A stretch of DNA of 64,000 nucleotides from an uncultured Ignavibacteria bacterium (GCA_964370935.1 CAYJKI010000007.1:9167-73166), one strand, 5' to 3'. Counted from the first letter of the stretch, positions 31,612 through 41,072 are shown. Numbers and translations: made by a program. Notes: generated by a model not told the origin, from the sequence alone.

Positions 31612-32751
31612 CTAGAGATCTTTGCCAAGGTATTTAGTCGAGCGTTCGCCGATCTTCTTGCTGTTAGAATACACCTGCAGTTGGTAGATGCCGGGAAGTT
31701 TCGGGACGAAGTTTTTGTGTGTGAACTTGACTCTCTTAGATAGAGAAGCCGTTGCTTTGGGGGCGACTTCCAAAGCGCCGAGAATGTACTTAGCGAGGCG
31801 GGGCTTGTTGTTCTTGCCGGGCCCGATCATCACGAGTTGTAAACGCAATTTGTGCGGTTGACCGGAGGTGTTCTTAAGCTGGAATTCGAAGGGGATACTT
31901 TGGCCGATGGTAATTTCAGGTGGTGTACCTTTGAGCCAGACAATTTGCACTGCGTCGGCATCGCCAAGCCCCATCAATTTCTGTGCGCGCGGATTACCCG
32001 ACTTGATCAGCGTTCGCAGGGCACGTTGGAATATCCACTGGCGTTCGGGACTGATCTTGCCAACGGACCATTTGTCGATCCAATCGCAGAGTACGTCGGG
32101 GTTGTCTTTGGAGATGTCGTTGAGATTGTTGGCGACGGCTTTGCGGACGTAATCGGATTTGTCGTCGAGGAGCTGTTCCAATAGTCTCTTGATGGGAGTA
32201 GGATCGTGCTTGAGTGCGGCAATGTGCTTGCACCAAACGCCGCGTGGGCGGAGGGCTTCAGCGACCATGCGGTGGACAGCGGGGTCTTTGTCTGAAGCCC
32301 AAGGAAGGATATGGGGAAGTACGATTTCGAGACTGTGCTCATGGACGACATTCTTCAGTACCCATTGCGCGGTTTCCTGCGTCCAAGTGCCGGGGAGGGC
32401 GCCGGTGTACTTCAAGGACTTCAGCTCTTTGCCAAGGTCGTGTTTGAAGTGCTCGAAGTGGACGTGGATACCGAGTGAGCGAATCTTGTCGCTATCGGAG
32501 TCGATGAGGGCTTTGCTGATCCTGGCAGCATTGCCGAGGGCGACGACTTTGGCGACGATGAGGCGCGACTGGTCGAGCAGGCCCAGGTCGAAGTAACCGG
32601 CGCGCTTGATTTCAGTAACCAACTTGCGAGATGACGCTTCGCCGATCGCAGAAGCAAGAGCGGCGGAGAGTTTGGCGAAGCAATTTCTCTGGGGAGTCTC
32701 TTTCTGGACGCCCTGTTGCGCGGGTTGGTCGGTTTTCTTCTTTGTGGGCAT
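31612..32751 (-). CDS. DNA alkylation repair protein-like (HEAT-repeat, AlkD/AlkC-like) with extra C-terminal domain
   Basis: 379 aa; HEAT-like repeats with motifs …WASDKDPAVHRMVAEAL… and …DDKSDYVRKAVANNLNDISKDNPD… resemble the DNA_alkylation family. Not confirmed by search. Confidence 0.45.
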   Translation of the reverse strand: MPTKKKTDQPAQQGVQKETPQRNCFAKLSAALASAIGEASSRKLVTEIKRAGYFDLGLLDQSRLIVAKVVALGNAARISKALIDSDSDKIRSLGIHVHFEHFKHDLGKELKSLKYTGALPGTWTQETAQWVLKNVVHEHSLEIVLPHILPWASDKDPAVHRMVAEALRPRGVWCKHIAALKHDPTPIKRLLEQLLDDKSDYVRKAVANNLNDISKDNPDVLCDWIDKWSVGKISPERQWIFQRALRTLIKSGNPRAQKLMGLGDADAVQIVWLKGTPPEITIGQSIPFEFQLKNTSGQPHKLRLQLVMIGPGKNNKPRLAKYILGALEVAPKATASLSKRVKFTHKNFVPKLPGIYQLQVYSNSKKIGERSTKYLGKDL

Positions 32752-32882
32752 TTGAATTATTCCTTTACGGTCGTAAACTCAACTGATTGTGATAAACGTA
32801 TTTAGCCAAAAACTTGTTTCTCTTGAATTGACATTTGGGTATATTTTTTTCTGGCAGGGATTCTGCCAGTGAGGAGTCCGAA

Positions 32883-34157
32883 ATGTCAGTTCTAAAGAAA
32901 TTTGACCCGGAAATATATGCGGCGATACAGGGGGAAACCAATCGCCAAAATAAGAAACTTGAATTAATCGCATCGGAGAACTTCGTCTCGGAGGCGGTGA
33001 TGGAAGCCGCCGGCGGTGTGATGACGAACAAGTACGCCGAGGGTTATCCGAAGAAGAGATACTACGGCGGATGCGAGTTTGTCGATGTCGCCGAGACCTT
33101 GGCGCGTCAACGGGCAACCGAGCTGTTCGGCGCCGAGCATGTCAATGTCCAGCCGCACTCGGGTTCGCAGGCGAATATGGCAGTTTATTTCACGGTGCTC
33201 AAACCGGGGGATACGATACTTGGTTTGAACCTGTCGCATGGCGGTCATCTCACGCATGGACATCCGCTGAATTTCTCGGGAATTTTCTACAATGTCGTCG
33301 GCTATGAAGTCAACAAAGAGACCGAGACGATTGACTATGACGCACTGCACAAGCAGGCGCTTGAGACAAAGCCGAAGATCATCGTCGCCGGTGCGTCGGC
33401 ATATCCGCGCACACTGGATTTCAAACGCTTCCGTGAGATTGCCGATGCCTGTGGTGCGCTATTGATGGTGGATATGGCGCATATCGCCGGATTGATTGCA
33501 GCGGGGCTGCATCCGTCGCCGGTGCCGCATGCGCATTTTGTTACGACGACGACACACAAGACGCTGCGTGGTCCACGCGGCGGGATGATATTGTGCAAAA
33601 AGGAATTCAAGAAGGATCTCGACCGGATGGTGATGCCGGGCATACAGGGCGGTCCGTTGATGCACATCATCGCGGCCAAGGCGGTGGCATTCAAAGAAGC
33701 GCTGCAGCCGGAGTTCAAGGTGTATCAAAAGCAAATTCTTGCCAATGCGAAAACGATGGCGGATGAGTTTATGAAGATGGGTTATCATGTCGTTTCCAAG
33801 GGAACGGACACTCATCTATTGTTGTTGTCGTTTGTGGAGAAAGGATTGACCGGCAAGCAGGTGCAGGAAGCGCTGGATCTGGCCTCGATCACCACGAACA
33901 AGAATACCATTCCGTTTGATCCGCAGCCGCCGTTGGTGACATCGGGGATTCGGATCGGCACGCCGGCGATCACAACGCGCGGGATGAAGGAACCGGAGAT
34001 GAAGCAGATTGCGGGATTGATTGATAAGGTGATTAAGAATCTTGACAATGAAGCGGTGCTCGCGCAAGTGAAGAAAGATGTCGAGCATCTGTGCGACAAA
34101 TTTCCGCTGTATACAGATCGGATGGACAGGGATATCGAAGTCCCGGTCATTCCTTAG
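32883..34157 (+). CDS. glyA: Serine hydroxymethyltransferase
   Basis: ATG at 32883 ([12 protein letters not shown]…) and a PLP-lysine region …[14 protein letters not shown]… at full SHMT length. The ORF-track start 32835 adds an unlikely 16-aa leader. Confidence 0.95.
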   Translation: MSVLKKFDPEIYAAIQGETNRQNKKLELIASENFVSEAVMEAAGGVMTNKYAEGYPKKRYYGGCEFVDVAETLARQRATELFGAEHVNVQPHSGSQANMAVYFTVLKPGDTILGLNLSHGGHLTHGHPLNFSGIFYNVVGYEVNKETETIDYDALHKQALETKPKIIVAGASAYPRTLDFKRFREIADACGALLMVDMAHIAGLIAAGLHPSPVPHAHFVTTTTHKTLRGPRGGMILCKKEFKKDLDRMVMPGIQGGPLMHIIAAKAVAFKEALQPEFKVYQKQILANAKTMADEFMKMGYHVVSKGTDTHLLLLSFVEKGLTGKQVQEALDLASITTNKNTIPFDPQPPLVTSGIRIGTPAITTRGMKEPEMKQIAGLIDKVIKNLDNEAVLAQVKKDVEHLCDKFPLYTDRMDRDIEVPVIP

Positions 34158-34178
34158 TCGTCAAAGAAAGAGGCATGG

Positions 34179-34484
34179 ATGCTGGTAGAATTTTCCGTGG
34201 CACCGATGGGAGTCGGCGAGTCGATTTCCAAAGAGGTGGCGAAGGTGATTGATATCATCGACCGGTCAGGCTTGAAATACCGGACGCACGCCATGGGAAC
34301 CTTGATCGAAGGGGACTGGGAGCAGTGCATGGCGGTGATCAAGCAGTGCCATGATGCTGTGCGTACCGTTTCGCCGCGGGTGTATACCAGGATCGCGATT
34401 GATGACCGCGCAGGAGATTTGAGCAATATGGATCGCAAGATCGAGTCGGTCCGGCAAAAACTTGGCCGGGACTTTCAGGAGTAG
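34179..34484 (+). CDS. MTH1187/YkoF-family (thiamine-binding-like, DUF77) protein
   Basis: 101 aa, MLVEFSVAPMG…YRTHAMGTLIEGDWEQCMAVIKQCHDA… is the typical family pattern. Confidence 0.8.
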   Translation: MLVEFSVAPMGVGESISKEVAKVIDIIDRSGLKYRTHAMGTLIEGDWEQCMAVIKQCHDAVRTVSPRVYTRIAIDDRAGDLSNMDRKIESVRQKLGRDFQE

Positions 34485-34486
34485 GA

Positions 34487-34831
34487 ATGTCACAACCGGT
34501 AGTGCTTTTATCAACGTGCAGTGATGAGGCGAAGGCGCAGGCCATTGCCACGCAGCTGATCGAGCAGCGATTGGCAGCGTGCGTGAACTTGGTTCCGGGC
34601 GTCAAGTCGACCTATCGTTGGGAAGGCGCAATTCGGACGGACAATGAAATACTTCTGGTGATCAAGTCGCAACGCGACCAAGTGCAGTCGATCAAGCAAG
34701 TCCTGGTGGAGTTATCCGGTTACGAATTGCCGGAACTTATTGCGATGGAAATCATCGACGGCTCGCAGCATTATCTTGACTGGTTGACGGTCGAGTCGCG
34801 GCAGCCGAACGTAGAAACCTCAAGCGAATAG
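34487..34831 (+). CDS. cutA: Divalent-cation tolerance protein CutA
   Basis: 114 aa; …LAACVNLVPGVKSTYRWEGAI…LLVIKS… CutA1 signature. Confidence 0.85.
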   Translation: MSQPVVLLSTCSDEAKAQAIATQLIEQRLAACVNLVPGVKSTYRWEGAIRTDNEILLVIKSQRDQVQSIKQVLVELSGYELPELIAMEIIDGSQHYLDWLTVESRQPNVETSSE

Positions 34832-34835
34832 CACC

Positions 34836-35612
34836 GTGGGCACGATTGCGCTGTTGACAGATTTCGGCGAGACTGACGGCTTCGTCGGTATGGTCAAAGG
34901 CACGATCAAGAGCATTGCGCCCGACTGCGAGATCATCGACATTACCCATAAAATTGCAGACTTCGATATCCGCGCAGCGGCATTCGTATTGCAGAAGTCA
35001 GTGCGTTACTATCCAGGGGGGACGGTGTTTCTGGCGGTAGTTGATCCGGGAGTAGGAAGCGCGCGGCGAATGTTGGCCGCACAAGCAGGCGAATACTTTT
35101 TCGTCGCACCGGACAACGGCATTCTTTCATACACGTTGACGGATTTTGCGGAGAAGCGCGTACACGCAATTGAGAACGAGGCGCTGTTTCTGGCAGACCA
35201 CGGGCAGACGTTCCATGGCCGCGACATCATGGCGCCGGTAGCGGCGCGGATTGCTTCGGGGCTGGCGCTTGAGATGGTTGGTCCGGCGGTCGAGAGTTAT
35301 GCGTTCCTGAAAATTCCGAATTTGCTAAAGCACGGGCGCGGTGTCATCGGCGAGATCGTTTATGTCGACAAGTTCGGCAACCTGATCAGCAACATCACAA
35401 AGAATGACTTGCCGCGTGACGTTGAACTGTCAAATCTTAAGTGCACGGTTGGCGATGTCAGGGACATCGCACTGGTAAGCAGCTACAGCGAGGGGAAAGA
35501 GATGGCGGCGATCATTTCGGGTTTCGGCACGGTCGAGGTGTTTTTGAATCAGGGCAACGCTGCCGGGAGATTTGCGCGCGCCGTGGGAATGACCATAGCG
35601 GTTGAGGGTTAG
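34836..35612 (+). CDS. SAM hydrolase / S-adenosyl-L-methionine hydroxide adenosyltransferase family (DUF62)
   Basis: GTG start; IALLTDFGETDGFVGMVKG…VDPGVGSARR…VAPDNG motifs typical of DUF62. Confidence 0.8.
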   Translation: MGTIALLTDFGETDGFVGMVKGTIKSIAPDCEIIDITHKIADFDIRAAAFVLQKSVRYYPGGTVFLAVVDPGVGSARRMLAAQAGEYFFVAPDNGILSYTLTDFAEKRVHAIENEALFLADHGQTFHGRDIMAPVAARIASGLALEMVGPAVESYAFLKIPNLLKHGRGVIGEIVYVDKFGNLISNITKNDLPRDVELSNLKCTVGDVRDIALVSSYSEGKEMAAIISGFGTVEVFLNQGNAAGRFARAVGMTIAVEG

Positions 35613-35615
35613 AGC

Positions 35616-36065
35616 ATGAAGTGTCCTTATTGCGGTGAAGAATCAGACAAGGTAATCGACACGCGTTCGGTTCAGGAAGGGAACGCAGTGCGCCGGCGGC
35701 GCGAGTGTCTGTCGTGCAACGAGCGCTATACGACTTATGAATATATCGAGCGTGTTTCGCTGACAGTGATCAAATCGGATGAGCGACGAGAACCGTTCGA
35801 CCGCTCGAAGCTCTTGCGCGGCCTGCAGATTTCCACGGCGAAGCGGCCGGTATCGGAGAAGCAACTGATGCAACTTGTCGAAGACGTCGAAAACGAATTA
35901 TTCAAGGTGAACAAATCGGAAGTTTCTTCGCAACTGATCGGCGAGATGGTGATGGATCGGCTGCGTAATCTGGATGAAGTCGCCTATGTGCGGTTTGCCT
36001 CGGTCTATCGCAAGTTCCAGGACAAGACGGAATTCGTCGACGAAATCAAAGACCTGCTCAAGTAA
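35616..36065 (+). CDS. nrdR: Transcriptional repressor NrdR
   Basis: MKCPYCG…C..C zinc ribbon plus ATP-cone, 149 aa. Confidence 0.93.
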   Translation: MKCPYCGEESDKVIDTRSVQEGNAVRRRRECLSCNERYTTYEYIERVSLTVIKSDERREPFDRSKLLRGLQISTAKRPVSEKQLMQLVEDVENELFKVNKSEVSSQLIGEMVMDRLRNLDEVAYVRFASVYRKFQDKTEFVDEIKDLLK

Positions 36066-36072
36066 TCAACTC

Positions 36073-36807
36073 ATGGTAGAATATCGCGAAATCGGACAGG
36101 ACGCGCCGGGGGGTGATATGCCGTTCCTCGAACACATCGAAGAACTGCGCAAGCGGCTGATTAAGGTGATCCTGTCGATTATTGCTTTCGCGATTGTGGC
36201 TTATTTTTTTTCCGACAAGATGGTCGAACTGATTGTCAAGCCGGTTGGGACGGTATATTTCCGCCAGCCGACGGGGGCGTTCATGCTGCGAATGAAGCTG
36301 GCTGGCTTCGCGGGACTGGTCATGGCAATTCCGGTAGTGTTGTTTCAATTCTGGCGATTTGTGATTCCGGGATTATACAAGCGCGAAGTCAAGTACCTGG
36401 TTCCGGTGACGATACTGGGCACACTGTTCTTTTTCGGCGGAGCGGGATTTTGTTTCTTCGGCGTGATACCGAATGCTATCAAGTTTCTGCAGGAATTCGG
36501 CACGGAGAATGTCAAGCCGCTGATCGATGTCTCCGATTACTTCTCGTTTGTCTTCTGGATGTGCGTGGCTTTTGGCGCGGTGTTCCAGTTGCCGATAATT
36601 GCCTATTTCCTCGGGCGAATCGGGTTGATTACTTCGCAGACACTTCGACGCGGACGACGGTTTGCGGTGATCGGGATCTTGATTGTGGCTGCGCTGATAA
36701 CGCCGACACCGGATGCGTTCAGTATGATGCTGTTGGCGGTGCCGCTGTATGTGCTTTATGAGATTTCGGTGTTCGTGGTGCAGTTTACCGGCGTGCGGAA
36801 GGAGTAG
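36073..36807 (+). CDS. tatC: Twin-arginine translocase subunit TatC
   Basis: The ATG at 36073 directly follows the nrdR stop. It is a 6-TM protein with a TatC-like N-terminus (…FLEHIEELRKRLIKV…). The ORF-track start 35974 overlaps nrdR. Confidence 0.88.
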   Translation: MVEYREIGQDAPGGDMPFLEHIEELRKRLIKVILSIIAFAIVAYFFSDKMVELIVKPVGTVYFRQPTGAFMLRMKLAGFAGLVMAIPVVLFQFWRFVIPGLYKREVKYLVPVTILGTLFFFGGAGFCFFGVIPNAIKFLQEFGTENVKPLIDVSDYFSFVFWMCVAFGAVFQLPIIAYFLGRIGLITSQTLRRGRRFAVIGILIVAALITPTPDAFSMMLLAVPLYVLYEISVFVVQFTGVRKE

Positions 36808-36809
36808 GG

Positions 36810-36960
36810 GTGCTTCAGGATGAAGGTTCAGAGAGCCATGTCGGGATCCGCGCTTCCCGCTAAAGCGCGGGACAGGTCGCTGGGAACGCCGACCTACAAA
36901 CTGCAATCTGGATTCCAGTTTTGCCGGAATGACACAGGATATGGATCGCGATTCATCTTT
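36810..36960. repeat. Mosaic intergenic palindromic repeat region (copy 2)
   Basis: Contains ctggattccagttttgccggaatgac (36908-36933), cccgctaaagcgcggga and gccgacctacaa, matching sub-motifs in 25245-25680. Confidence 0.6.
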
Positions 36961-37048
36961 AACGCATTCCTGACGCCCAGCCACTAAATAACGCTTGTAC
37001 CAGCTCACAAGCACTGTATATTCCCACGCAATTGCCGACTTGACTACT

Positions 37049-38515
37049 ATGAAAATACTACAGAACGCCATAATCGTAATCATCACACTTACCGCCACGG
37101 CCTTTGCCGTGCGTCCGGCAGATCTATATAAGGAAGGGGATGTCGTCGGGTTCAGAATTGAACGCGGTGGCAAGGTCATCGGTACGCAGAAGGCGACATG
37201 TCTTGGTGTCCGGACAGGCGAAAGTGACTCGCTGATCGAATTCGCGATGGAGACCAAGACGGTGGTCGACCGCGGCGGACGGTCGTTCGATATGGATGTC
37301 AAAAGCGAAGTTGGCTATCGGATGAGCGGACTGCCGCGCGACTACAAGTTCGAGCTGACTCTGCTCAATGCCGAAGTTACACATGAGGGGCAGTTTACCG
37401 GCAAAGAGTATATCGGCACCGGTTCGCGATTAGGCGTAACGCAGCCATTCAATTTCCCGCTGGAGCGCTGGCCGGTGCTGTTCGACAACAATTTCGCGCT
37501 GCAATGGGAAATTGCCTGTTATTCGCTCAGACGTAATCCGGGCGATTCGATGATGGTTGAGGCGATGATACCGCAGATGAACCAATTAATGGCGTTTACG
37601 GCGAAGGTGATGCCGTTTGAGTCGGTGACATTCGCGGGACAAAATGTGCGCACACGCGTATTGCAGATCAGCCCAGCGAATCAGACTCTTTATATTGATG
37701 AGTCGGGTCGACTGCTTAGGGCGGTAGACAAGGTTTCCGGGATTTCAGTAATCAGACATGCACCGGGGGAGAGTGCGGAGATTGTTCGCCAGTCGATTTG
37801 GACGATGATTTCCAATCGTCTGCCGGGGTATTTGATTTTGCTGGCAATGGCGCTAGGGTGGTTTGTCGCGCTGGGGTTTTCGGGCATAAAGTTGCCGCAA
37901 ACATGGGCGGCTCTAGTTATTGCGGCCGGACTGTACTGGCTTTCGCTGCAGGTTTTGATGCCGATTCAGAATGCATACTTTGCCTGGGCGATCGATCCGC
38001 GTTCGGGATCAGGGAATACGTACATCATGCTATTGGGATCGGCGCTGATTTTTGCAATCATCGAATTGGCAGCGATTGCGCTTCCGATACTTGCATTCTT
38101 CTTGATAAAGAAATTCGACACGATCAAACATGCGATCGCAATTGGTGCAGCCGCGGGCGCCGGATACGGATTGATGCAGGCGGCGAACTTGACGCAGTTT
38201 GGCGCTGATGGTTCGATATTGATGCCGGTGGATATGATTCAAAAGGTGGCATTGATCGGCATCTGCGCGGTATGTGGTGGCCTGATTGGTTTGTTCATCG
38301 AAACCAAGCACCCATTCCACTATTATCTTATCCCGATAGGAATTAAAGCGCTTCTGAACTGGACCTCGGTGTTCGTGCAGAAGGGTGATTTGACGCTGCC
38401 GCCGCACGCATTCATATCGATATTGCTGGCAGCGGGTTGCGTCATCATACTTATCGTGTTTCGCAACAAGCTCAACCGATATTTCACGCCCAGGAAACAA
38501 ATCAAGACTAATTAA
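37049..38515 (+). CDS. Hypothetical membrane protein: signal peptide, periplasmic N-terminal domain and polytopic C-terminal domain (possible intramembrane protease-like)
   Basis: The ATG at 37049 (MKILQNAIIVIITLTATAFA) is followed by ~230 aa of soluble domain, then ≥6 TM helices. Resemblance to PrsW/CPBP-type membrane proteases is weak and unconfirmed. Confidence 0.55.
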   Translation: MKILQNAIIVIITLTATAFAVRPADLYKEGDVVGFRIERGGKVIGTQKATCLGVRTGESDSLIEFAMETKTVVDRGGRSFDMDVKSEVGYRMSGLPRDYKFELTLLNAEVTHEGQFTGKEYIGTGSRLGVTQPFNFPLERWPVLFDNNFALQWEIACYSLRRNPGDSMMVEAMIPQMNQLMAFTAKVMPFESVTFAGQNVRTRVLQISPANQTLYIDESGRLLRAVDKVSGISVIRHAPGESAEIVRQSIWTMISNRLPGYLILLAMALGWFVALGFSGIKLPQTWAALVIAAGLYWLSLQVLMPIQNAYFAWAIDPRSGSGNTYIMLLGSALIFAIIELAAIALPILAFFLIKKFDTIKHAIAIGAAAGAGYGLMQAANLTQFGADGSILMPVDMIQKVALIGICAVCGGLIGLFIETKHPFHYYLIPIGIKALLNWTSVFVQKGDLTLPPHAFISILLAAGCVIILIVFRNKLNRYFTPRKQIKTN

Positions 38516-38613
38516 GCTTTTTTACTTGCGAGTCGGGGCAAAGCATATATATTTGTCGACGATACGAGAGGGTTTTCTCGAATCGACTACAAGCTGATGA
38601 GGAGGATTTAATA

Positions 38614-38799
38614 ATGGCAATGAAAATCACCGACGAGTGTACCGCCTGCGGACTGTGTCTGCCGGAGTGCCCGAACGACGCCATCGCTGAAGGGGATATT
38701 TACGTAATTGACGCGGTAAAGTGCGACGAATGTGCCAACGTGGACGGTGGTTCACGCTGTGTAGCGATCTGTCCCGTTGACTGTATCATAAAGGCGTAA
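38614..38799 (+). CDS. 2x[4Fe-4S] ferredoxin
   Basis: 61 aa with two CxxCxxCxxxCP motifs (CTACGLCLPECP, CDECAN…CVAICP); strong RBS GAGGAGG. Confidence 0.9.
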   Translation: MAMKITDECTACGLCLPECPNDAIAEGDIYVIDAVKCDECANVDGGSRCVAICPVDCIIKA

Positions 38800-38855
38800 C
38801 AGAGCCAAAGTGCTTGAGGGGTGCCGCCGGAAACGACGGCACTTTTTTTGTGCCC

Positions 38856-39056
38856 ATGTTTACTGGAAAGCAAGCCTGGATCATAGTTCTTCTGCTGGCG
38901 ACGATTGCGTTGCTGCTCCAAAACTCCGGCCATGTGCGGCTCAAGTTTCTATTCTTCAATTTCTCTTTGCCATTGCCGGTGCTGATTCTGATTGGTGTCG
39001 GAATCGGTATCATCCTCGGGTTCTGGCTCGACCGGCCGAAAAAGAATGCCAAATAA
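38856..39056 (+). CDS. Small membrane protein with LapA-like domain (DUF1049)
   Basis: Two TM helices with …LLQNSGHVRLKFLFFNFSLPLPVLILIGVGIGIILGFWL… in the characteristic LapA-domain pattern. The start is chosen at the Met preceding TM1; the ORF-track start is 38814. Its 3' end overlaps the archease start. Confidence 0.6.
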   Translation: MFTGKQAWIIVLLLATIALLLQNSGHVRLKFLFFNFSLPLPVLILIGVGIGIILGFWLDRPKKNAK

Positions 39057-39480
39057 CCGCTTCCGGTATCTTGAGGATATCGCGACCGCCGATGCTGCGT
39101 TCGAGGCATACGGCTCCACCATGGAAGAATTGTTTGAGAATGCCGCATTGGCGATGTTCAATGTCATGGCGCCGCTGGAATTGATCGGCAACGAGTCGGT
39201 GCGAGATCTGACGGTGTCGGCGGATTCGCAAGAGGAGCTTCTGCACAACTGGCTAGCGGAACTGGTCTACCTCAAGGACGTGCACGGCGAGCTTTATTCA
39301 CATTTCAAGGTGAAGATTGAATCGTTGGATGTAATCAAGTTGGCGGCGGAGATCAGCGGCGATACGATTGACAGTGTGCGTGAACATACTCACACCGATG
39401 TCAAGGCGGTAACGTATCATCGATTGGCGATTGAGCGCAGAGACGGCGGTTTGGTAGCTACAGTGGTCTTGGACTTATGA
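39046..39480 (+). CDS. Archease (RtcB activator)
   Basis: ATG at 39046; …YLEDIATADAAFEAYGSTMEELFENAALAMFNVM…HTHTDVKAVTYHRLAIER… matches archease. It overlaps the rtcB start (ATGA). Confidence 0.85.
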   Translation: MPNNRFRYLEDIATADAAFEAYGSTMEELFENAALAMFNVMAPLELIGNESVRDLTVSADSQEELLHNWLAELVYLKDVHGELYSHFKVKIESLDVIKLAAEISGDTIDSVREHTHTDVKAVTYHRLAIERRDGGLVATVVLDL

Positions 39481-40928
39481 AGTACCCAGTAACAAAAATA
39501 CGTGATGGTGTGTGGGAGATTTCACCCTCGGTCAAGAGGGGGATGCGGGTTCCCGCGCGATTGTATTCGAGCGACAAGCTGTTAGCCTCGCTAGATGACG
39601 GTGTGTTCGAACAGGTCACCAATGTGGCGACTCTGCCGGGCATTGTCGGTCATGCGTTGTGCATGCCGGACGGACACTGGGGATATGGATTTCCGATTGG
39701 TGGTGTAGCGGCGTTTTCGACGAGTGATGGTGTTATCTCGCCGGGTGGGATCGGGTTTGACATCAATTGCGGAATGCGGTTGATCAGGACGAATCTTACT
39801 CTTGAGGAGATCAAACCAAAGCTGCCGCAACTTCTGGACAGGTTGTTTCAGTTGGTGCCGGCGGGTGTTGGTGTCAAGGGGCCGATCAGTTTGTCGAAAA
39901 AAGAATTCGCCAATGTTCTGGTCGACGGCGTCGAATGGTGCCGCAAGCAGGGATATGCCGGCGAATCGGATTGGCTGGCGATTGAGCAACGGGGAAAAAT
40001 TCACGGGGCCGATCCGGACCAAGTTTCGGCGAAGGTGTTCGAGAGGGGGCGCGATCAACTGGGGACGCTCGGTTCGGGAAATCACTATCTTGAAATCGAA
40101 GTTGTCAAACCGGAGAATGTGTTTGAGCCGGAGATCGCCAAGACATTCGGGATTGACCGTCCGAACCAGATTGTCATTTTGATTCATTGCGGATCGCGGG
40201 GTTGCGGACATCAGGTAGCCACGGATCATTTACAGGTGTTCAACAAGGCGATGCCGAAGTATGGAATCAAGACCAATGACCGGGAACTGGCGTGCGCGCC
40301 GTTTGATTCACCGGAAGGGCAGTCGTATTTCAAGGCGATGACTTGCGCGGCAAACAGCGCGTTCGCCAACCGGCAGGTGATCGTGCACAATGTGCGGAAG
40401 GCTTTTGTCGAAGTTCTCGGCAAGCCGGAACATCTGCTGGGATTGCAGACGATTTATGATGTGGCGCACAACATCGCCAAGGTGGAGACCTACGAGATCA
40501 ACGGGAAGAAGCAGAAAGTAATAGTCCACCGCAAAGGAGCGACACGGGCATTCGGCCCGAACTCACCGGATGTGCCGGAGAAGTATCGCGCAGTTGGACA
40601 GCCGGTGTTGGTGGGCGGGTCGATGCAGACGGGATCGTACCTGTTGGTCGGGACAGCGAAGGCAATGGAGGAGACCTACGGATCGACGCTGCATGGATCG
40701 GGACGAACGATGTCGCGGGCGCAGGCGAAAAAGATGGTCCGGGGCTCGGAGTTGATCTCGGAGATGGCGGATCAGGGGATCCAGGTACGGGCGGCATCAT
40801 TGAGTGGACTCGCTGAAGAGGTCGGGTTCGCTTACAAGGAGATAGATGACGTGATCAATGCGGTGCACGATATTGGGATATCGAAAAAGGTGGCGAAGCT
40901 GGTTCCGGTGGGAAATATCAAGGGGTAG
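39477..40928 (+). CDS. rtcB: RNA-splicing ligase RtcB
   Basis: 483 aa; …CMPDGHWGYGFPIGGVAAF…, …GSGNHYLEIE… and …CGSRGCGHQVATD… are conserved RtcB metal/GTP-binding segments. Confidence 0.93.
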   Translation: MKYPVTKIRDGVWEISPSVKRGMRVPARLYSSDKLLASLDDGVFEQVTNVATLPGIVGHALCMPDGHWGYGFPIGGVAAFSTSDGVISPGGIGFDINCGMRLIRTNLTLEEIKPKLPQLLDRLFQLVPAGVGVKGPISLSKKEFANVLVDGVEWCRKQGYAGESDWLAIEQRGKIHGADPDQVSAKVFERGRDQLGTLGSGNHYLEIEVVKPENVFEPEIAKTFGIDRPNQIVILIHCGSRGCGHQVATDHLQVFNKAMPKYGIKTNDRELACAPFDSPEGQSYFKAMTCAANSAFANRQVIVHNVRKAFVEVLGKPEHLLGLQTIYDVAHNIAKVETYEINGKKQKVIVHRKGATRAFGPNSPDVPEKYRAVGQPVLVGGSMQTGSYLLVGTAKAMEETYGSTLHGSGRTMSRAQAKKMVRGSELISEMADQGIQVRAASLSGLAEEVGFAYKEIDDVINAVHDIGISKKVAKLVPVGNIKG

Positions 40929-40930
40929 GG

Positions 40931-40965
40931 CCCTCACCCCCACCCCTCTCCCAGCGGGAGAGGGG
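40931..40965. repeat. Short GC-rich hairpin repeat CCCTCACCC-N-CCCTCTCCC-NN-GGGAGAGGG (copy 2)
   Basis: ccctcacccccacccctctcccagcgggagagggg lies immediately after the rtcB stop and matches 25309-25343. Confidence 0.65.
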
Positions 40966-41072
40966 AGAACCTTCGGAAGTCACATTATCGGTAAGTCTTG
41001 TTTGGGTTGGTTCGGTAAGAAGTACCCGAGGCAACCCATCCCTTTCAGCTGCCTCGGGCACAAATAAATTAG

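Noticed and set aside
35974-36072. The ORF-track N-terminal extension of tatC overlapping nrdR (MKSPMCGLPRS…)
   Set aside because: It would overlap the 3' end of nrdR by ~90 nt in another frame. An internal ATG at 36073 directly after the nrdR stop gives a normal-length TatC.
36373-37302. 309-aa minus-strand ORF spanning the tatC 3' end, the repeat region and the start of the membrane-protein gene
   Set aside because: It overlaps tatC, which is clearly supported, and crosses an intergenic repeat. His/Arg-rich composition is typical of an antisense artefact.
39591-40229. 212-aa minus-strand ORF inside rtcB
   Set aside because: Antisense to the conserved rtcB gene.
41016-41060. Hairpin (cccgaggca…tgcctcggg) between convergent rtcB and the 41073 gene, considered as an intrinsic terminator
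   Set aside because: It has a stable stem but is not followed by a T-run on either strand. It is listed only as a possible bidirectional structure, not as a called terminator.
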